The notes beneath the pieces were generated by a model. The model did no database searches. It was given only the letters and a program-made list of their open reading frames with translations, and had not been told where the DNA came from. This document shows positions 57,676 to 64,000 of a stretch of 64,000 nucleotides of DNA, piece by piece. The number at the start of each line of letters is the position of its first letter. The stretch's first letter is position 1. The translations under genes and the position numbers were made by a program. Location: sequence record OR539218.1; one strand, written 5' to 3'. This stretch comes from Escherichia phage vB-Eco-KMB26.

Positions 57676-59733
57676 TTATCCTTGAACGAACTTGTAAGGC
57701 ATGTTTGCAATATCTATACAAGACGCAATAATTCCAAGAGATGATTCTACTTTCTGTTTAACGTTTGATGAAACAAATGATGCAAAGTCAACTCTGTCTT
57801 CTATTTCAATATCACCTGTCATTGCAACTACTTCGCCGGTTTCCATTAGACGGTCACCGTCATAAATTACCGATTCGGTGAGTTCTTCTGTGGTCATAAC
57901 TTCAGCTTGAATAAGCTTGTTGTTAGTTTTAACTGTTCCATCATTGTAAGATGCATCGGTTATTTTATTAACTTTGACCATTAATCCACGTGGCAAAATG
58001 ACTTCCATTTCATTTGAAGGTGCTAAACTTCCACCTGGTAAAACAACATTGACTTTATCAGCCCCAGTAATAACCCATCCAATTCCAACTAAATTATCGC
58101 TAGAATTTACTAGTCCTTCATCAGTTTTATCAATAGAAACACTTAAACGCTTTTCGTCTGGTAAAACACCCACAGATGAATCAGTCATCCAGGTACCAAA
58201 AATATTTGGATATAATGATGTTGACACAAAGTTTCTAAAATAAAAAACTCGATTTTTTACCAGTGCTTCATATATTGAAGGTAACATTCGTTGTGAACGA
58301 TACAAAGTAATACCTTTTGGTAATCGTTCACCATTTTTAAAGGCAGAATCTAAATTATCAATAGCTTTTTCTATATCAGATGCTGTCAAAATACTTGTAC
58401 GCTCATCTGGATTATATAATCCCAAAAGAGCGTTATTTATGTCTACATATCCTGAACTTACGTATTCACGAATTCCGCGTTTTTGTGCCGGTGTGTATTT
58501 AGATGAATCTTTATTTTCGACTATAGGATGTAGTGACCATCCAGCGGTAAGAGCATATCCACGCAATTCTCTTCGAATAATCTTTGTTTTTATTGCATTC
58601 CAAGAATTTTGTACTAACTCATTCGCAGCATCTTGATTTAAATGCGAATGCTTGTTAATGTTTCTTTCTAACCAAGCACCTTTATATTTTTCTAAAGTAT
58701 CATCAACTATAGAAGCAATAGTTTCTAAAGTTTTTATTGAAGTAATAGATTCTTTTCGTAATCTTTCTAAAGCTTTATTTTTTATTTCTGCATTAACATC
58801 AGATTCTTTATCTTCAGGAATTATAGAAGCTTCTCTGAATGCCATTCCAGCTGTAACACTACTAAGAGCATTCTCTAATGCAAATCCTGAAGTAGAAATA
58901 ACAGTTAATTCATTAGCGTCAGAAATTAAAGGAGCGTCAGCAGGTTTATTTAATTCTGCTGCTGAAGCCTCAAATTTTTGAAACATCGGCGTTTCAAATC
59001 TAGAAGATTCCAATGATTGACTTTGCGCAATTGCTCTACGGGAAATTTTAACTTTAACGATTACAGCTTGGTCAGAACGTTTATCATTTTCTTGCGCAAT
59101 AGATGCTGCAATTGCCTCATTTTTAGTTACTTGAGCTCCAGTATCTTTATTGATATAAACATCACCGACCTTCGATTCAACTTTAGTAAAGAGCTCAGTA
59201 CTAATTTCCGGAACTCCCGGAATGTCTTCTAGTGATACATTTTTGCGATGTATAAGAATATATGCATACTTTTTATCGTAATCCCAGAGTTCCTTAAGAA
59301 GGACGTATCTGCCACCTGAACGACTACGGATAAGTCTATCAGCAATAACTTGAATTTGTCGAGCTTGACCAGCGGTTTTAGACTTAAGAATACGAAGCAT
59401 ACAGGCATCAATTTTATACTGACGCATTGTTTGCATCGCAACAGTAAAAACTGAATTGATATAATTAATTGGGCTTGGACCAAGACCTTTTAATTTAGCA
59501 ATTGAACCTTTAGCAGTTAATGTAAAAGGAACAATATGCATCATTTTATCGCCCATCTTTAAATCGCGATTAGTATCACCTCCAGATGTATAGGTACATA
59601 AACGAAAGCCTGGTTGTTCAATTGCATCATCAACATGAACTGAAAAAATTTGCGGTATTTTCTTCTTTGGATTTAAGTTTGTAATCGGAAGAGTAGTATC
59701 TTCGTCAAATAATTCTGTAATAAGTTCCATCAT
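57676..59733 (-). CDS. alt: Alt, ADP-ribosyltransferase (head-packaged); likely T4 Alt orthologue
   Basis: 685-aa ORF; ART motifs LYRSQ .. FVSTSL .. EMEVILPRG; stop 3 nt before the start of paralog A; TATAAATA box upstream; second ATG at 59730 is an alternative start. Confidence 0.88.
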   Translation of the reverse strand: MMELITELFDEDTTLPITNLNPKKKIPQIFSVHVDDAIEQPGFRLCTYTSGGDTNRDLKMGDKMMHIVPFTLTAKGSIAKLKGLGPSPINYINSVFTVAMQTMRQYKIDACMLRILKSKTAGQARQIQVIADRLIRSRSGGRYVLLKELWDYDKKYAYILIHRKNVSLEDIPGVPEISTELFTKVESKVGDVYINKDTGAQVTKNEAIAASIAQENDKRSDQAVIVKVKISRRAIAQSQSLESSRFETPMFQKFEASAAELNKPADAPLISDANELTVISTSGFALENALSSVTAGMAFREASIIPEDKESDVNAEIKNKALERLRKESITSIKTLETIASIVDDTLEKYKGAWLERNINKHSHLNQDAANELVQNSWNAIKTKIIRRELRGYALTAGWSLHPIVENKDSSKYTPAQKRGIREYVSSGYVDINNALLGLYNPDERTSILTASDIEKAIDNLDSAFKNGERLPKGITLYRSQRMLPSIYEALVKNRVFYFRNFVSTSLYPNIFGTWMTDSSVGVLPDEKRLSVSIDKTDEGLVNSSDNLVGIGWVITGADKVNVVLPGGSLAPSNEMEVILPRGLMVKVNKITDASYNDGTVKTNNKLIQAEVMTTEELTESVIYDGDRLMETGEVVAMTGDIEIEDRVDFASFVSSNVKQKVESSLGIIASCIDIANMPYKFVQG

Positions 59734-59753
59734 AGCCTCTCTAGTGTTTATTC

Positions 59754-59761
59754 TATTTATA
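59754..59761 (-). promoter_or_regulatory. T4 late promoter box (reverse strand) upstream of alt
   Basis: Plus-strand tatttata 21 bp upstream of the ATG at 59733; hairpin aaggcc-cgaa-ggcctt just upstream. Confidence 0.5.
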
Positions 59762-59782
59762 AAATTAAAGGCCCGAAGGCCT

Positions 59783-59971
59783 TTAATAATCTAGTGGTAA
59801 GAGAGTACGGTATATTTCAAACTTTGGACCTTTTTCATAGGCATCAATTGTTTCTGTGAATTTATTATAAGCGTATGCATCTACAAATTCGAGAATGACT
59901 TGTGATACAGAAGTAGAAACATCTCCACCTTCTTTTTGAGCAATGACAATTGTTTCTAAGTAAGCTTTCAT
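59783..59971 (-). CDS. Small hypothetical protein (62 aa)
   Basis: ORF with ATG overlapping ligase stop (ATGA); no motif. Confidence 0.5.
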   Translation of the reverse strand: MKAYLETIVIAQKEGGDVSTSVSQVILEFVDAYAYNKFTETIDAYEKGPKFEIYRTLLPLDY

Positions 59972-61431
59972 AAACCAGTTACCTCATGAAAATCACCAAA
60001 TACATCCTCGAATGTATTAGCTTTAGTTTTATCTTCACGCAAACGAATCGCAATCGGAAGAAATAATTTAACGTAATCAGTGCGGCCATCAGATTTTAAC
60101 CAACCGTTGCATTCGCACTCTAGAATTTTTCCAATATAATAATTTTGGTTTTCCATAATGCGAGTACGGTCAAGTTCATGCGATTTTACACCGGCTTTAT
60201 CTTTTAAGCCTGAACCAGCATTTACTTTAATTTTTCCACACTCTGACTCAAGAATAAATCCACCTGCTTTAGTAGGGTCTTTACGGTGAGGATAAATTCC
60301 TACAATTTTTAAATCAACATCAATTACTTCTTTAAATTTATAGAGATTTTTTGAACGAGCATTTTCCCATAATCCATCGATATTTTTGAGAATAATACCT
60401 TCAAGACCTTGGTCAATATACTTTTTATAAATTACCTTGGCTTCGTCTAGGTTATTTACTACCTGGTTTTCAATTAAAATTACTTTATCATAGCCTGATG
60501 TCATTTGTTCTAGTTTAGAAAAACGTACATCATATTTCAAACGAAATGCAGGAAGACCGTATATTTCTACCAACGGTACATAATCCCAGACCTGAAACTT
60601 CATGCATTGTGCTTCTTTTTCAGAAATGGTTCCCTTTAAAGATTTATTGGCGATGCCATTAGATGCAGTACGTGATTCAGCTACTTCGGCGAATTCTTTA
60701 GCTTTACTGTTTTCAGGATAAGCATCAAAAAGAAAATCTAGGCCTTCTGGCTCCTTTTCAACTTGCTCATGGTATACCAATTCGCCATCAATTAACACGC
60801 CTTCTGGATGAATCTGGCGGGCTTCAGCGGTCATTTTGATTAATTCTTCCTTAAGAAGATCTAATCCTAGATATTCATTACCAGCTCGTGATAAAAGACG
60901 AACGTCATCTAATTCATCACCTCTGACTTCGGCAAAGCACCGAGCTCCATCAGCTTTTAACTGGGCAAAGGCTGGAAATTTGATATTCTTATTAATGCCT
61001 TTTTCATCATAAGAACTTGCGAGCATTTGAGGTTGTTCAGGAATTAAACCTGGCCAAACTTTGTTTGCAATAGATACTGAAGCACCACATTCAAGGTCTC
61101 GCATCATCACTCGACGCAAAACTTCAACATCATCTTTTTTACCGTCAGTAATATAACCTACTAATTCCTCAATTGCCGCATTTCCGGTCAATTTTCGAGT
61201 AGCTAATGTAAATTCAATGAAGTCAAGCATATCAGTAATAGTCAGCATTCCAAAACTCTGGGTAGCAATACCAGGTTTAGGCCATTTCTTGATATAATAC
61301 TGTAACCCACGAGAATAAGTCAGACGATATACTCGTTTAAGCAATTCATTATCTTTATTCTTTTCAAGAATTGCTTGCTTCTGCTTAGTTGAACCAATAG
61401 ATGCTATTTCGTTCAGAATTTTAAGAATCAT
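59968..61431 (-). CDS. 30: gp30, ATP-dependent DNA ligase
   Basis: 487-aa ORF; N-terminus MILKILNEIASIGSTKQKQAILEKNKDNELLKRVYRL..; adenylation lysine motif QLKADGARCF (KxDG). Confidence 0.95.
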   Translation of the reverse strand: MILKILNEIASIGSTKQKQAILEKNKDNELLKRVYRLTYSRGLQYYIKKWPKPGIATQSFGMLTITDMLDFIEFTLATRKLTGNAAIEELVGYITDGKKDDVEVLRRVMMRDLECGASVSIANKVWPGLIPEQPQMLASSYDEKGINKNIKFPAFAQLKADGARCFAEVRGDELDDVRLLSRAGNEYLGLDLLKEELIKMTAEARQIHPEGVLIDGELVYHEQVEKEPEGLDFLFDAYPENSKAKEFAEVAESRTASNGIANKSLKGTISEKEAQCMKFQVWDYVPLVEIYGLPAFRLKYDVRFSKLEQMTSGYDKVILIENQVVNNLDEAKVIYKKYIDQGLEGIILKNIDGLWENARSKNLYKFKEVIDVDLKIVGIYPHRKDPTKAGGFILESECGKIKVNAGSGLKDKAGVKSHELDRTRIMENQNYYIGKILECECNGWLKSDGRTDYVKLFLPIAIRLREDKTKANTFEDVFGDFHEVTGL

Positions 61432-61697
61432 TGTTCATCCTTTAGAGTTTGGTTTACAGCTCTATTATAAATCAATTCATCATTAAGCTCAGTCAAAGAC
61501 CTGTGGTACGTGGTTCTAACTTTATTTCCTTGCATCCAGTGCTTGACGTAAATGAAACCTTGCTCTACGCATTTTTTAAAAATTCGTTCGTCTTTTTGAG
61601 CTCGGAATTCTGGATTGCATCTAAAAAATTGATTTACGTGACCGTAATCACGTGTAGTATTACCTTCATTTTCATAAATAGTGTGAACAACAAACAT
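61428..61697 (-). CDS. Hypothetical protein (89 aa)
   Basis: ORF overlapping ligase start by 4 nt; no motif. Confidence 0.6.
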   Translation of the reverse strand: MFVVHTIYENEGNTTRDYGHVNQFFRCNPEFRAQKDERIFKKCVEQGFIYVKHWMQGNKVRTTYHRSLTELNDELIYNRAVNQTLKDEQ

Positions 61698-62533
61698 TAG
61701 AATGCTCCTTGGAAAATATTATTAGCACCAGTAGGTCTATTATACAAATACTCTATGCCACCGGGTTTAATATAGTTCCATGTCTGAAACGGATGCGTCT
61801 GATATGGATGATATGGATTATAAGGATTAAATCCAGGAGTTCTCCAGGTAGTGTTCCAAGGAAAAGAATCGTTTTTAATCATCTTTTCAATTACATCTTT
61901 TATAGCTTTTTCACTATCAAAACTTTCTTTATTTTCCTTCGGTGAAAAAAGCTTATTTTCTACATCATTCCATGTATAAACTCGCTGAGCAGTTTTTGGA
62001 ATATTGTCACGCTCTCCTCGAGCCATCCAATAAACAGGAACATTTAATATTTCACTCGCATGATCGCAATGGTGAGCGAGATCGTCAATATAACAAATCA
62101 CGTTATATTTCTCTTTTGCCTTTTTAAACAACTCTTCTTTTGAAGAATCATGACCACACATCAGTACTTCTGAGAAGGCACCAGGAAAAAGAGCGTTTAA
62201 ATTAAATTGACGATTCAGCAGAGCGTCAATAGAATCACCCAATGCTGTAACAGCTACAAAATTATAATCTTCTTTTAATTTGTTAATTACACACAGAGCA
62301 TCTTTATATGGAGACAAGTAACGAATAAAATCTGAACGATTGTATTTTTCAATTAGCTTGACGCCAAGTTCTTCGTCACAATTAAAGAGTTTACCTGGAG
62401 AAATAAATTTCTCATCCTGGATCATTTTTAAAATATGTTCTAACGGAAGATTATATTTCTGAGCAAAATAAGGAAGACCTGATTGCCAGCTTAAACATAC
62501 TCCATCAATATCAGTTAAAATAGTAGGCTTCAT
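61697..62533 (-). CDS. HAD-superfamily-like hydrolase (possible nucleotidase/phosphatase)
   Basis: 278-aa ORF; N-terminal motif ILTDIDGV (DxDG nucleophile motif of HAD enzymes). Confidence 0.6.
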   Translation of the reverse strand: MKPTILTDIDGVCLSWQSGLPYFAQKYNLPLEHILKMIQDEKFISPGKLFNCDEELGVKLIEKYNRSDFIRYLSPYKDALCVINKLKEDYNFVAVTALGDSIDALLNRQFNLNALFPGAFSEVLMCGHDSSKEELFKKAKEKYNVICYIDDLAHHCDHASEILNVPVYWMARGERDNIPKTAQRVYTWNDVENKLFSPKENKESFDSEKAIKDVIEKMIKNDSFPWNTTWRTPGFNPYNPYHPYQTHPFQTWNYIKPGGIEYLYNRPTGANNIFQGAF

Positions 62534-62994
62534 AGAGAGTCTCTTAATAGGTTTAACACATCAATAAATTCAGCTTCGGTTAGTATTGTATCATCTTTTG
62601 TTAGACCACTAGCCATGCTGTGCTTCAAAACTTTTCCTTTCGAGGCTTGTAATGCATCACGAAAGCCCTTGTTTTGAATCGCTGCTTCAAAATATGCATT
62701 TGTGTATAATTCTTTCCACGCCGGGGAGTATCTTGAAAATGGAACTCCAAGCCAGAAGAGGGTCCCACGGTCCTGAGCTCTAGCATAAGACCTTCCAGCT
62801 TGTTGAGCGGCAAGCCCGGATAACCCAAATATACGACGTTGTTGTTCAACGTTTTTCACCTTGCATCCTTGGAGGAATCCTTCAAGACCTCCAAATTGAA
62901 TACCATCCATAACGAAAGGCCAATGGGCGAAATTACTTAATGCACATGATGGCCACCTAAAATTACTTCTAATCTCTAACTCAGACATTTTCAA
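62530..62994 (-). CDS. NADAR/YbiA-like (DUF1768) protein, predicted ADP-ribose / N-glycoside processing enzyme
   Basis: 154-aa ORF; ALSNFAHWPFVMDGIQFGGLEGFLQGCK resembles the YbiA core FSNFAAWPIKVDGKTWPTSEHYFQAQK as I recall it. Confidence 0.55.
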   Translation of the reverse strand: MKMSELEIRSNFRWPSCALSNFAHWPFVMDGIQFGGLEGFLQGCKVKNVEQQRRIFGLSGLAAQQAGRSYARAQDRGTLFWLGVPFSRYSPAWKELYTNAYFEAAIQNKGFRDALQASKGKVLKHSMASGLTKDDTILTEAEFIDVLNLLRDSL

Positions 62995-63187
62995 TGCTTA
63001 TAATTTCAACATCAGCCCAATGACCATAGTTTGGTAGACGAAATTCAACTGGCCAGTCACTGCCTTTTTCTAATATAATAGACTCAATTTGTGGTTCTTC
63101 ATGTTCATCGGTATATGGATTTTTATCTGTTACTTTATATGTGACCTTAATGTACTGAATTCCAAAAATCTTATTAATTATATTCAT
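62981..63187 (-). CDS. Small hypothetical protein (68 aa)
   Basis: ORF overlapping neighbours at both ends; no motif. Confidence 0.5.
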   Translation of the reverse strand: MNIINKIFGIQYIKVTYKVTDKNPYTDEHEEPQIESIILEKGSDWPVEFRLPNYGHWADVEIISIENV

Positions 63188-63381
63188 ACTAATTCCTTTA
63201 ATCCGTAGATAGGAGATAATTCATCGCCCATACGAAGGTCTTCATTTCCATCTACCCAAGAAACAATATAAGCCTCTTTTATTTGAATACCACTCCATTT
63301 AAACGAAGGTAGAACCTTAGAAATTAATCCAGGTATACCAACTCCCTTTAATTCAACAGTTTGACCTAAAAAGAATTTCAT
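63184..63381 (-). CDS. Small hypothetical protein (65 aa)
   Basis: ORF, ATGA-coupled to upstream gene; no motif. Confidence 0.5.
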   Translation of the reverse strand: MKFFLGQTVELKGVGIPGLISKVLPSFKWSGIQIKEAYIVSWVDGNEDLRMGDELSPIYGLKELV

Positions 63382-63668
63382 TAAAACCTCATCTGAAAAC
63401 CGTGCGATTTAACATTACCGCCATTAATATCAGAACTATTAATTTCACGCGCAATTGAAGGGTCAATGTCAATTTCGCGATTGAGTTTAGTGATAGCTAA
63501 AGTATCGCGCCCATTTACAGTACGAAACTCTAAAGGACAAACCACATCAACGTAGTTTTTAATCGATTCGCTAGTAGGTTGCAAATGTGCAGGAAGGTCT
63601 TTAGGCGCCTTTGAGAAAACTACTTCGCAGAAGTTTTTACGGGTATCAAAATAAGTAGTCATAAACAT
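63381..63668 (-). CDS. Hypothetical protein (~95 aa)
   Basis: ORF track starts further upstream (63719) across a GC hairpin; ATG at 63666-63668 (MFMTTYFDT...) has GAGGAAAA SD. Confidence 0.5.
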   Translation of the reverse strand: MFMTTYFDTRKNFCEVVFSKAPKDLPAHLQPTSESIKNYVDVVCPLEFRTVNGRDTLAITKLNREIDIDPSIAREINSSDINGGNVKSHGFQMRF

Positions 63669-63708
63669 AACATTTTCCTCAGTAAGGGGCCAAAGCCCCT
63701 CATTTATT

Positions 63709-63960
63709 TTAAATATCAAATTCGTTAAGAACTACATCAAAGATTGCTTCAAGATGCTCAGGTTTAGCTCTGTTACTCAGAATATGACGAATCCAAGTTT
63801 TAACCAAAAGCTTGCGATTAACGCCATTCCAGCAAGGATGAGTCCCTAAATCGCGTTCACGGAAATCATCATCCAGAGCGATTTTAAAGTTGGAACCTTC
63901 CATCGTGATTGAAACCGTGATACCGTTTTCAAATCGCATATAAACGTAATTAGGAGTCAT
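63709..63960 (-). CDS. Hypothetical protein (83 aa)
   Basis: ORF with AGGAG-containing leader; followed by hairpin aggggc-caaa-gcccct at 63688-63703. Confidence 0.55.
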   Translation of the reverse strand: MTPNYVYMRFENGITVSITMEGSNFKIALDDDFRERDLGTHPCWNGVNRKLLVKTWIRHILSNRAKPEHLEAIFDVVLNEFDI

Positions 63961-64000
63961 ATACTGCTCAATTTCGCATACTGATCCATTTTGATGTTTC

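Noticed and set aside
55615-59733. Alt duplication as an assembly artefact
   Set aside because: The two copies differ extensively in their central regions while keeping intact reading frames and catalytic motifs, which is not what a collapsed or duplicated repeat would produce; read-level confirmation is still desirable.

Overview
This window is a contiguous ~64 kb segment of a T4-like (Tevenvirinae) myovirus genome, colinear with the T4 map. Left to right: denV (5' end only), lysozyme e, nudE and a run of small reverse-strand ORFs, a reverse-strand array of 10 tRNA genes, the internal-protein / 57B-57A / gene 1-3-2-4 block, then the forward-strand morphogenesis block (53, 5, 5.1, 5.4, 6-12, wac, 13-15, terminase 16/17, 18, 19, portal 20, 67, 68, 21, 22, 23, 24), reverse-strand rnlB-hoc-inh, uvsW/uvsW.1, uvsY, baseplate hub genes 25, 26, 51, 27, 28, 29, 48, 54, two tandem alt-type ADP-ribosyltransferase genes, DNA ligase 30 and downstream small ORFs. 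All calls rest on reading the supplied ORF translations, motifs recalled from the T4 literature, synteny and hand-located signals; no database search was run. The structural core looks ordinary. The parts worth a second look are the accessory islands: (i) two extra internal-protein-like genes carrying capsid-targeting leaders, one of them bracketed by a 33-bp exact repeat built around early promoters, next to acb1 (57B); (ii) tandem alt paralogs plus a NADAR-like and a HAD-like ORF beside ligase; (iii) a PspA/IM30-like coiled-coil protein and a paralogous array of small two-TM proteins downstream of e; (iv) a hoc gene with a triplicated Ig-like domain; (v) a tRNA set larger than T4's. I found no CRISPR array, integrase, transposase, intron or homing endonuclease.
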